This document shows, piece after piece, positions 40,367 through 49,232 of a stretch of 64,000 bases of DNA. The translations under genes and the position numbers were made by a program. How positions within the stretch are numbered: the first letter of the stretch is position 1; each line of letters begins with the position of its first letter. Under the pieces are notes generated by a model, which had not been told where the DNA came from, ran no database searches, and was given only the letters and a program-made list of their open reading frames with translations. The DNA is taken from assembly GCA_963751455.1 (NCBI GenBank), contig CAVVUN010000001.1, forward strand, positions 512,001 to 576,000, read 5' to 3'. Source of the stretch: Nitrospirota bacterium. Its GTDB lineage: Bacteria > Nitrospirota > UBA9217.

Positions 40367-41502
40367 AATTCCATTTCTTTTTCCGTTTTAATGTCGGATT
40401 GTTTATGAAGCGCCTTCACCATTTCGCTATTTATCTTACTTAATGCGCCAGTATTTAAACCACTTGCAGTACCACTTTTCACCCAGAAATCTGTATGGCC
40501 AACTCCAGCTCCATCACCTTCAACATTTTCAAAAACATTTTCCAATAATGACTGCATCGTTGAAACTTTATAATCGGGCATATTAACCATCTTGTTGTAA
40601 AATGGAACGCAAAATTTAGAGAATAATTCAACTCCATTGTATTTGAATAGAACTGTTGGCTCACTATCGCCGAGAATGTTGGTAATAGCCTTCCAATAGT
40701 TCATGTAAATCCTATGTTGCCTGTCTTCCTTTTCTGTGTTGCAAACAGGATTATTTGCAACTAAAACATATTTCTTAATTGCTTTCACAAAACTCTTCTG
40801 ATTAATACTTCCATCACTATTATCATCATTGGCCATTTTAATTTTATTTTGCCAAGGACTGTCTTTGTCATTGTTTAAAAAATCTACATACTGTAGAGCT
40901 TTTTCATCTTCACCTTTTTGGACTGAATTGAGAATCCATTTTGGTAAATTTGGCGTATCATCGACACCCATTGCTTTTGTTAATCTCGCTCGGATTCTCT
41001 GAGCAACGCCTTCCTCAACACTTTTTTGTGTGGTATTAACAATGAGGAAGTGACACATTTGCGCAATCTCAGAAAGATTAACTGCAATATTGACAGATAC
41101 TTCAAATTCTAGAACACGAGGATCTTTATCAGCCGCCATTTTTAAACCTTCAACACGGTGTTGACCATCAACAACATTGAATGGCCCTACTTCATCGATG
41201 TCTATTTCAATGGTGTTATTATTCGGATGGAATGCTATATTTTTATCCGTTGCAATAAAAATGCTTGTCGGCAAAAATGCATCTTTAGTTTCTTGTCCCG
41301 CAACAATATAGTCGGCAAGCTTTTTTGCTCTTGACTTGTTTAGTAACCGCTGATAACCCTTATCACTAGCATTTTCAGGGTCGAGTCTCTCTATGCTATA
41401 AAAGTTCGGAATTATTAAATCTGAAACTTTTAATGATGTAGCGTAAAGGATCAGATCTCCTTGTTTTACCAAAGAGGCAGGTCTAACGATTTTCTTACTC
41501 AT
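40363..41502 (-). CDS. DGQHR-domain protein (DndB/ParB-like fold)
   Basis: GYQRLLN..R, P.SI, VVDGQHR, F..VNTTQK; ATG 41502 follows AGGAG. Confidence 0.85.
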   Translation of the reverse strand: MSKKIVRPASLVKQGDLILYATSLKVSDLIIPNFYSIERLDPENASDKGYQRLLNKSRAKKLADYIVAGQETKDAFLPTSIFIATDKNIAFHPNNNTIEIDIDEVGPFNVVDGQHRVEGLKMAADKDPRVLEFEVSVNIAVNLSEIAQMCHFLIVNTTQKSVEEGVAQRIRARLTKAMGVDDTPNLPKWILNSVQKGEDEKALQYVDFLNNDKDSPWQNKIKMANDDNSDGSINQKSFVKAIKKYVLVANNPVCNTEKEDRQHRIYMNYWKAITNILGDSEPTVLFKYNGVELFSKFCVPFYNKMVNMPDYKVSTMQSLLENVFENVEGDGAGVGHTDFWVKSGTASGLNTGALSKINSEMVKALHKQSDIKTEKEMEL

Positions 41503-41732
41503 ATTTTCATCTCTCCTTTTTAATGTGTCGGCAACAATACTTGTCTCAAAATCAACCAGTGTTTGATGGGACGGAAACCGCCCCGCCATTTCAGAAAATT
41601 CGGTAATGGCGGGGTGAAAATTAAATATTTTTGTTCAATAATGTAAACTTCTGCAACTGCGGTTTTCGCCTTGCCAAATACTGAATTTCGGAATTGGCAG
41701 GATAAAATTTCTGCAACTTTAAATGCAAATCG

Positions 41733-41761
41733 AGTATATTTTATGCATTATGGCCTGTCAA
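41733..41761 (-). promoter_or_regulatory. Near-consensus sigma70 promoter driving the cassette strand
   Basis: TTGACA-17 bp-TATACT. Confidence 0.75.
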
Positions 41762-41888
41762 GATAAAGTTGTTCAAAGTTGTTGAATATTCGGATCGGAA
41801 TACAACGCGAGAACACCTTTCCCGAATTAAGAAAAACACATGAATGAGACACTCTTATGAATACCAGCATGATGATAGCGTTCTCCTC

Positions 41889-41917
41889 TTGATAAGTGAA
41901 CATTTGTTCACTATATT
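41889..41917 (+). promoter_or_regulatory. intI promoter with a palindromic LexA-like box in the spacer
   Basis: TTGATA-17 bp-TATATT enclosing AGTGAAC-ATTT-GTTCACT. Confidence 0.7.
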
Positions 41918-41956
41918 ATTGTTTATATGGTTCATGAAGCTGTCTGAAGCAACCGT

Positions 41957-43288
41957 TTGATTCTCATACGACCCGTGCAACCCATACCCAAAGATATTCT
42001 GGCTAAATTTGACGGCATTCTGAAACAACGGAATGTCCCCCTTTGCTCCCGATCCGATTACCGGAAGTGGCTGCTGTATTTTCTCGACTTCCGAGCTAAA
42101 TATCCTCTTCCGGAAGGCAAATCGGATCAAGTGAGGGCGTTCGCGGACAAGCTGCGGTCAAAGAATCAATCCTCCATGCAAATAGAGCATGCAGCTAAAG
42201 CGATTTCGCTGTTCTTTGCTTTGCAACAGGGAAAAAAGACTATTTCATCGTCGGCCGCCGCGCAGATTGCGCCTCCTGCAGCCGGGCCGCATTGCGGCCT
42301 ACAGGTAAAATACATCCAAGCACAGCAACTGTGCTCAACAACAGCGACGAAGGAATCCGAGATGGTTTGCGAGCCGCCGGCGCCCTCCGCGCCGTACACG
42401 CCCAGGATCCGGGGCGGCAAACACTACGATGAATGGCGCTGCCTCAAAAAAACCGAATCCCCGGCGTGGGACAAGGTCATTGAAAATCTTGCTGCGGAAA
42501 TAAAGCTGCGGCATTACTCTCGAAAAACGCTCAAGCATTATGCGGACTGGAGCCGCAAGTTCCAGAACTACCTGAAAGACAAACCACCTTCGGAATTGTC
42601 TCCATCGGAGGTGAAGGCGTACCTGACGTATCTGGCCGTGAACTGCAAGGTATCCTCAAGCCACCAGAACCAGGCGTTCAACGCACTCTTGTTTCTGTTC
42701 AGACATGTTTTAAAGACAGATTTCGGCATCCATAAGGACATCCCGCGCGCGAAGAAATCGAATTACATTCCCGTGGTTCTTTCCCGCGAGGAAATCGACG
42801 CTGTTTTGAGACATCTCGAATATCCATACAAGCTTGTGGCCCAACTCCAGTACGGCTGCGGGTTACGCATTTCGGAAGGCTGTAAACTGCGGGTGAAGGA
42901 TTTCAATTTTGACGCCGGCATTCTCACTGTCCGCGGAAAAGGCGATAAAACCCGCACCGTGCCTATTCCGCAAAGAATCGTGCCGGAGCTTCAGGCCCAA
43001 ATAGAGACCGTGAAAAAAATGCATGACGAGGATCTGGCAACAGGGTACGCAGGGGTTTTTCTCGATGATCAACTGGAGAAAAAATATCCACGAGCCGCGA
43101 AGGAGCTTGTCTGGCAATGGTTTCTCCCGAAGCAAACGTTAACCTTTGTTGCGGAAACGAAGGAGCGGCGGCGGTATCATCTTCATGACTCTCATGTTCA
43201 GGATGCGCTGAACGACGCCGTCAGGAGGGCAAAGCTCACTAAGCGCGTTACCTCCCACACCTTCCGTCACTCATTCGCGAACCTTTAG
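41957..43288 (+). pseudogene. intI: Integron integrase with long N-terminal extension, truncated after box II RH by the Y1 element
   Basis: HYSRKT..Y..W, QNQAFNALLFLF, PVVLS, YGCGLRISE, IntI-specific patch (LEKKYPRAAKELVWQWF..RRYHLH); ends HTFRHSFA with no LGH..TT.IY. Confidence 0.88.
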
Positions 43289-44157
43289 CGAACCTTTAGG
43301 AACCTTTAGGAACCTTTAGGGTCAAGTCTTTTTCGTTGCATTTTCGTATTCACGAAGCCAGCGGCTGATCGTCGAGTAGTGGACGGCCACATGGCGGGCT
43401 AGTTCACTCTGATGATAACCGTATTTTTCCACGGCCTCGGACACTTTTTTCATCAGTTTGCGATGATTGTTCATGACTGAGTCGGGCAGCAAAACGGCAA
43501 GCGACGGCCGGGTCGAATATCGCTGACTCCGGGGAATTTCGGGAATGTCGATACCCCACTGAACGAACTGGCGATACTCTTTTTCCGCTTTATCTCGTTT
43601 TCTGCTGAATTGACCGAGCACCCAGTCCTTTGTGAGGCAGGGGTGAGATTCAGCTTTACCCGCGGTCGCAAGGTAACTGGACCACTTCCAGCCTTCCGGC
43701 GCTTCGACCATCCTTGCTCTTACCGGATTTAGAACCACATATCGGCAGACCTCAAGGAGATGACTGTCTTTCTGGATCAAGATAGCCTTATACCGGCCCT
43801 GGAATAAATGCCCGGACCTGCCGTGATACTTGTTGAAAAGTTGCGTATACACGCTGTTCAATTGGCGCATACCGAGAGAAAGATTGCCTTCCGGGGTCTC
43901 GATAAGAAGGTGGTAATGATTTGTCATGAGGCAATACGCATGACAGATCCAATTGTACCGCTTGTTGACGTGCTGGACCGTGTTCAGGAAGTTTTCGCGG
44001 TCCTGGTCGTTTTTGAATACGGGCTTCTTTTCGTTACCACGAGAAGTTACGTGATAGACTGCACCGGCATATTCTATTCTTAGAGGTCGGGCCATGGGGC
44101 GACTGTAGCAGAAATCAGAATGAAATGCAACGAAAAAGACTTGACCCTAAAGGTTCC
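43280..44157 (-). mobile_element. Y1/HUH transposase element copy 2 with perfect 35-bp TIRs and 4x AACCTTTAG
   Basis: GGAACCTTTAGGGTCAAGTCTTTTTCGTTGCATTT / AAATGCAACGAAAAAGACTTGACCCTAAAGGTTCC. Confidence 0.8.
43322..44095 (-). CDS. Y1 tyrosine transposase, copy 2 with a 32-aa in-frame deletion
   Basis: Near-identical to 33594..34463 but lacks GKKTIW...KKHK. Confidence 0.85.
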   Translation of the reverse strand: MARPLRIEYAGAVYHVTSRGNEKKPVFKNDQDRENFLNTVQHVNKRYNWICHAYCLMTNHYHLLIETPEGNLSLGMRQLNSVYTQLFNKYHGRSGHLFQGRYKAILIQKDSHLLEVCRYVVLNPVRARMVEAPEGWKWSSYLATAGKAESHPCLTKDWVLGQFSRKRDKAEKEYRQFVQWGIDIPEIPRSQRYSTRPSLAVLLPDSVMNNHRKLMKKVSEAVEKYGYHQSELARHVAVHYSTISRWLREYENATKKT

Positions 44158-44196
44158 CCTTGGACTGCTAGTTGGCGTAGAGCGGTATTTTGTCGG

Positions 44197-44312
44197 AGCC
44201 AACTCGCCGGTCACTCGCCGCAAGGCGAGTCGATGTGGACCGGCAGGTGATATTTTTAACGCGACGCTGAGGGGCGCGTTTTCAGCGACCCTCTCGAGCG
44301 CTATGGTTAGAA
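44197..44312 (-). other. Two adjacent ORF-less attC sites (44254-44312 and 44197-44253)
   Basis: TTCTAAC..GTTAAAA then ATATCAC..GTTGGCT, both with internal dyads. Confidence 0.68.
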
Positions 44313-44437
44313 CGCTCACAAAGAAAAAGTATTAATAAGTGATGTCTGACACTGCTACATGATCACATTGATTTGTCCTTAGAAGTTGATGTGGTGCATC
44401 TGCACCACTTTCATGGCCGCTTTGATAGAAATGGGCT

Positions 44438-46360
44438 TTACGATCTAAATCTCTCACCAACAAGATGTATCGCCAGCTTTGCAAATTCATACAGATCCGC
44501 GTTATCCCGTTCAATTAATTTTATGCCTATTTCTGTAACTTCTGGAATAAGCAAGCAGAGAAATTTCCTTTTGTTATGTGCCATATCTCTTGATAAATTA
44601 AGTGCGGCAGTAAATAATTTATTTGCTTCGCCATAATTCGCTTCCAACAAGTAACACAACGCCAAGTTGTAAGATACTAGTGCGTCAGATAAACTAACTG
44701 ATGTTTGTTTTTGCGCTTTAATTAAGTACTCCTTAGCCTCCGAAATTTTGTTTAATGATAAATAAAGGTATCCGATATTGTTTAATACAGATACACTACT
44801 TTTCTTATCGCAAAAGGTAAGCGCTTTTCCCAAGTCACTGATTACCTCAAGTCGATAACCACCGTATTTGTCATTCCCGGTTTTAGCAAGTTCAAATTTT
44901 GTTTTTGAAAGGTTGTCATATACCGTAAAGCATCCCTTCATATTTGTTGACTTGCAGATTGTTATTGCTTTTTGTAAATCTATACAAGCTTCTTCTAGCT
45001 GCCCTATGTTAGATAAAGATGCGCCTCTAGAACAAAGTGCTCCTGCATGATTTGGCTCATACGATAAAGCTTTATTGAAATATTTAATTGCCTGCGTATC
45101 GTCATCCGTTATTAGCCCCAACTGGTACCAAGCATTTGCATTATTTTCATCAAAGGATAATGCTTCGGTTAGTGCTTTTTTTGCGTAATCTTTTTGGTCT
45201 AAACTTTTCAAACAAATTGCTTTGCAGACATGATAGCTAGATTCACTGGACCTTATTTTTATTGCTTGATTAAATTGAAGCAATGCCTCTTGATAGTCAT
45301 CGTTGTCTAGAAGAAGTAATCCATAATGGAAATGGATGGAAGAACAACCGTTATTGAAATCCAGTCCTTTTTTATAGCAAATAGCAGCCTCGTCCTTTCT
45401 GCCCTGTTGCTCCAGTAGAATTGCTTTGTGATGCCATAAATATTCGTTTTTTTCATCAATTTTAATTGCATCATTTAAGCAGTTTATGGCTAAATCTTTT
45501 TCATCTTGCTGAGTAAAAATTTCTGCTTTTAAAATTAATAATTGCACGTCGGAACTATGATCTTTTATTAATTCGTCAAGAAGCTTCTTTGATTCCTCAT
45601 ATTTCTTTAAATTGACCAGTATCTGTATTTTTTGGTAATAATAAAAAGAGGTTAATGTAATATTATATTTTTTGGACGCTTTTTCTATTTCGTTCACACA
45701 GACCCGGAACTTAATTTCGTCATCTGTGGTTATCTTACTTCCACTATTTTTAAGTTCTGAAAATGTTACAAGGGACTCTTTGACTTCTTTCTCAATATAA
45801 TCTTTTTCAGGAAATACCAGTTTCATAAATGCTTCTTCAACCAGCGGCTCAACTTTCTTCAGTTCGTTAGTCAATATTTCTCTTAGATTCTTGGGATCAC
45901 TATATTTATATCTGACATACATTTGATCTTTCACGTCTGAGAAGTCCTTGTCCATGTCTATCAGTGCAACAGGAGGTTTCTTCATCGGCTCTTTCATAAA
46001 GCTCTGAATATCAATACATGCTTTTTGTTCCAGCAGCACTATACAAGGCTTGCGAAGTCCAACCAGAATTCCATATTCAAATATAACATTCGGCCTAAAA
46101 CCATCCAAAATTATGATCGCTAACGAGCATCTATTTAAAAAATCTAGAAGCTGAGAGTATTGACTGTGGCCAGGTATTCCATGGATTGAAAGTCTTTTTG
46201 TATCATATTTTCCTGTTGCTTCTAATACTGTTTCAATGGCATCAAGCGTGATCGCAATATGCGGCTCTCTAGACGAATAAACAATGAAACATGTTTTTGT
46301 TGATTCTTTATGCATGTCTAGTCGTATTTGCATGTAGTGAACAATTTTTGTTTCATCCAT
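44438..46360 (-). CDS. TIR-like/nucleoside-deoxyribosyltransferase-like domain + TPR repeat protein
   Basis: N-terminal CFIVYS...RPNVIFEYG.LVGLRKP.IVL; many C-terminal TPR units. Confidence 0.72.
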   Translation of the reverse strand: MDETKIVHYMQIRLDMHKESTKTCFIVYSSREPHIAITLDAIETVLEATGKYDTKRLSIHGIPGHSQYSQLLDFLNRCSLAIIILDGFRPNVIFEYGILVGLRKPCIVLLEQKACIDIQSFMKEPMKKPPVALIDMDKDFSDVKDQMYVRYKYSDPKNLREILTNELKKVEPLVEEAFMKLVFPEKDYIEKEVKESLVTFSELKNSGSKITTDDEIKFRVCVNEIEKASKKYNITLTSFYYYQKIQILVNLKKYEESKKLLDELIKDHSSDVQLLILKAEIFTQQDEKDLAINCLNDAIKIDEKNEYLWHHKAILLEQQGRKDEAAICYKKGLDFNNGCSSIHFHYGLLLLDNDDYQEALLQFNQAIKIRSSESSYHVCKAICLKSLDQKDYAKKALTEALSFDENNANAWYQLGLITDDDTQAIKYFNKALSYEPNHAGALCSRGASLSNIGQLEEACIDLQKAITICKSTNMKGCFTVYDNLSKTKFELAKTGNDKYGGYRLEVISDLGKALTFCDKKSSVSVLNNIGYLYLSLNKISEAKEYLIKAQKQTSVSLSDALVSYNLALCYLLEANYGEANKLFTAALNLSRDMAHNKRKFLCLLIPEVTEIGIKLIERDNADLYEFAKLAIHLVGERFRS

Positions 46361-46475
46361 GGTGCATTACTCCCTTCTGGAACATAGATACTGCGTAGAT
46401 TGAGCTGAATGTTCTTTGTGAAACCCAACAAACCTTCTGAAGAAACGTTGATCAAGCTGAACCATTTTGCCCAGC

Positions 46476-46533
46476 CTACAACGCGCGCGTGAGGAGCAAG
46501 CTTTTCGCGACTCACTCGACGCGTATGTTATCT
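46476..46533 (-). other. attC site
   Basis: AGATAAC (contains the stop codon of the TPR gene) ... GTTGTAG. Confidence 0.8.
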
Positions 46534-47517
46534 TACAGCCTCTTGGAGCACCTTCAGGTGCTCTGATGTTTCTTTGCTTTTAGGGTTCAATTTCAAACTT
46601 TCCTGAATTACTTTCTCAGCCTCTGCCGACTTCCCCATTTTATGTAATATCCATCCCTTCGTATCGAGAAAATATGAATTGTCGGGTTGATGTTCTAGAG
46701 CTGCTGTTATAAGACCTACAGCTTTATTGAGGTACTTTTCGTTCTCAGCATAGTCCATCGCAAGTTCATTCATAATCATTGGATCTTTCGGATATAGAGA
46801 TTGTGCAGTTTCTAATGTTGTCAATGAGCCAGACAGATCTTTAATATCTTTCTGGAACCTAGACAGCATTATATAAATATCTGCCTTTGAAACTGTCTCT
46901 GCATCATGAGTGTCGCGTTTCATTTCTGAGATAAAACTTTTAAGAATGTTTATAGCGATATCAATATTACCTTTTACCCAATTACACATCGAGCTGATAA
47001 TTGCCTTCTTAGTTGGATCATCACATTTTGCTTCAGCTTTATGTAAATGTTCGAGAGCTTCATCTTTTCGACCCATTTTCTTCAAAATTTTAGCAGTCTC
47101 TATATGAAGCCCGATAGCGTCAGCGCCGTTTCTTAACGCTTCTTGACATGCCTGGAGAGCCATTTCGGTCTCATTGAGCGCGTCATAACATGTCCCCACT
47201 ATAAACAGGGCGAAATCATCTCGGGGATTAAGCATCAAATATTTATTAAAGTAGAAGACGGCATTTTTATAATTACCAAGATTTAAATAAGAACGCCCAA
47301 GATAGTACCAATTGTATTTTGAAAAAGTCTTGTCATTATTATGTGAACTTTCAGATTTTTCAAATTTCGATATAGCTTTTCGGTACTTTCCCAGTTCGAA
47401 AAATATATTCCCCAGATTTGCATAATGTGTTTCTTGAAGGGTAGGTATGGTCCAAAAAACAAGGTGATTCCAATATAGTTTCAGGTACAAGATCAGATAT
47501 CTTAATCGAGTAGGCAT
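46528..47517 (-). CDS. TPR repeat cassette protein
   Basis: Repeated LG..Y...G.Y..A motifs, LDTKGWILHKMG; bounded by attC sites. Confidence 0.78.
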   Translation of the reverse strand: MPTRLRYLILYLKLYWNHLVFWTIPTLQETHYANLGNIFFELGKYRKAISKFEKSESSHNNDKTFSKYNWYYLGRSYLNLGNYKNAVFYFNKYLMLNPRDDFALFIVGTCYDALNETEMALQACQEALRNGADAIGLHIETAKILKKMGRKDEALEHLHKAEAKCDDPTKKAIISSMCNWVKGNIDIAINILKSFISEMKRDTHDAETVSKADIYIMLSRFQKDIKDLSGSLTTLETAQSLYPKDPMIMNELAMDYAENEKYLNKAVGLITAALEHQPDNSYFLDTKGWILHKMGKSAEAEKVIQESLKLNPKSKETSEHLKVLQEAVR

Positions 47518-47531
47518 AAGCTTTTTTAAAT

Positions 47532-47581
47532 TGATAACAAAGAATTGAGCGGCTAAAGGCCGCTCAAATATTTCGTTAAAT
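47532..47581 (-). other. Short attC site
   Basis: ATTTAAC-GAAATATTTGAGCGGCCTTTAGCCGCTCAATTCTTT-GTTATCA. Confidence 0.65.
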
Positions 47582-47661
47582 GGTTGACTAAGTTTCTTTG
47601 CTCGACCCGGATGGTTGAGTCATCCGTCGGGTTTCATTCTACCAGACTTAATCTCGCTGTT

Positions 47662-48274
47662 CTATTGTTCACCGGTCAATAAAGCAAAGAACATTTTATC
47701 AGCTAACAAATTGTCGACAGCCATGTCAAAAGCCTTATCATATAAATCCTTTCCCAATTTTATAAATTCAGCAGAAGAAGAATAGCCTTCCGTAGTCAAT
47801 GACAGCGAAATATCTTTCTTCTTTGTGTCATAGATTTCCCATTCAAATCTGACAAATACCTCTCCTTTAGTCCCGTGGACAGAGCCACACGTATTCGCTT
47901 TCACATCGGCAATCTTTCCGCCTAATAATAGTTCAGCTTGCTTACTATAATTCTTCATTAAACGGAGAATATGCTTTCCCAATGAGAGAATAACCATGTT
48001 TATCCAATTTATTTCTAACTACGTTGGCAACGTCGGTAACTACTCTTTCGTTTCCAGACCAACGTAATTCCCCGCCGGACATACACCATACCCCCCGATA
48101 AGCCTCGCCGATAACTGTATTCGCTTCTACGGCATCAACCAATTTATTTACTGATATTGATTTTGACTTATTTTTAAGTTCAATGGGGAGCTGACGTGTT
48201 ACGTTTTTTGACAAAGGTGCCATTGTACAGCCAACAAATGATCCGCAAATAATCAAAATCAGCCATTTCTTCAT
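47662..48274 (-). pseudogene. Hypothetical lipoprotein split by a frameshift near 47950
   Basis: FVGC lipobox in 47945..48274; reading continues in overlapping ORF 47662..47997. Confidence 0.55.
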
Positions 48275-48750
48275 AACCCCTCCATATTATCGGGTTTCGC
48301 ATCGCTCTACCCAGGCTGGTCTGCATATATTCTATAAACGTTAACAAGTTTTATAGGGACGAATTACGGTAGCATAGATTATATGCATGGTCAAGGCGAT
48401 TTAATAAAAGTTTGGCGTAAGCCGCGGAAATCATTAGCATCCATTTGCTGACTATTCCGTTTTACCGGAATATAGCAAGTAAGATGACTAATATTCATGA
48501 TTGAATGACAGTCGGCAGAGAATGCAGTGTGCTACGACAATGATCGATACTCATGTGTCCCGACCAGAACCGCGAAGATGCTAAAATCACTGGCTTCTGA
48601 TCAGTGTACATGGCTGGTTTAGAGCAGAAAAATGTCTTCTCCACATGGCCAGAGGAAAAGTATCCGGGGGGAGAATCGACGGAATTTTTACGGCAGAACG
48701 CGCGCTCGAAAAGGTGGAAGGTTCGGAGTAGATCGGTTGTTCTTTGTCTA

Positions 48751-48960
48751 TTATTTCGTTATGAGATTTTGAAGGTCTTCCTTGCTCATGCCGCATTGAT
48801 TCAAAATCCCCATTGGCCAATCTGAATGAAGAGGAACAACTGTTTTAAATTGATCTTTCTGCAAGCTGACGTGACTCCCTTTTTTTCGCACCTCTTTGAA
48901 ACCGGCTTTTTTGAGGAGCCTAATCAGATCATCTCCTGATAAAACAGGAAGTTTAGGCAC
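48751..48960 (-). CDS. hicA: HicA family toxin (possible short internal deletion)
   Basis: LPVLSG..LI..L.K.GF...R.KGSH..L, VVPLH. Confidence 0.8.
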   Translation of the reverse strand: MPKLPVLSGDDLIRLLKKAGFKEVRKKGSHVSLQKDQFKTVVPLHSDWPMGILNQCGMSKEDLQNLITK

Positions 48961-49174
48961 TGACAGTTACCTCCAGGGGATAGAAGAAGACCTCACCTGT
49001 GTTTTCCGGCAGGTCCTCGGTCCCGAAACTCTCGATATAGAGCTCTACGGCTTCTTTCAGGTTTTTCTGGGCCTCTTCGATCGTTGTCCCCTGGGCTACG
49101 ACGCCTAGTTCCACACAATGGGCCACATACCATTTCTCTTCTTTGGTAATAACGGCGGTAAATTTCTTCGACAT
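48953..49174 (-). CDS. hicB: Short HicB family antitoxin
   Basis: YVAHC.ELGVVAQG.TIEEA..NLKEAVELY. Confidence 0.82.
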   Translation of the reverse strand: MSKKFTAVITKEEKWYVAHCVELGVVAQGTTIEEAQKNLKEAVELYIESFGTEDLPENTGEVFFYPLEVTVSA

Positions 49175-49232
49175 GAAAAATGCCTCCTTAATACGTCTTG
49201 AGTTGGAGGGGTACTACAGTCTTAAACTTATA

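Noticed and set aside
41590-41880. Exact attI position
   Set aside because: Several GTT candidates; cannot be assigned by eye
43280-43321. AACCTTTAG(G) run as a telomere or ordinary microsatellite
   Set aside because: It is internal, irregularly spaced and identical to the element's TIR terminus
48300-48750. Short ORFs between the lipoprotein gene and hicA
   Set aside because: No recognisable homology; possibly decayed sequence
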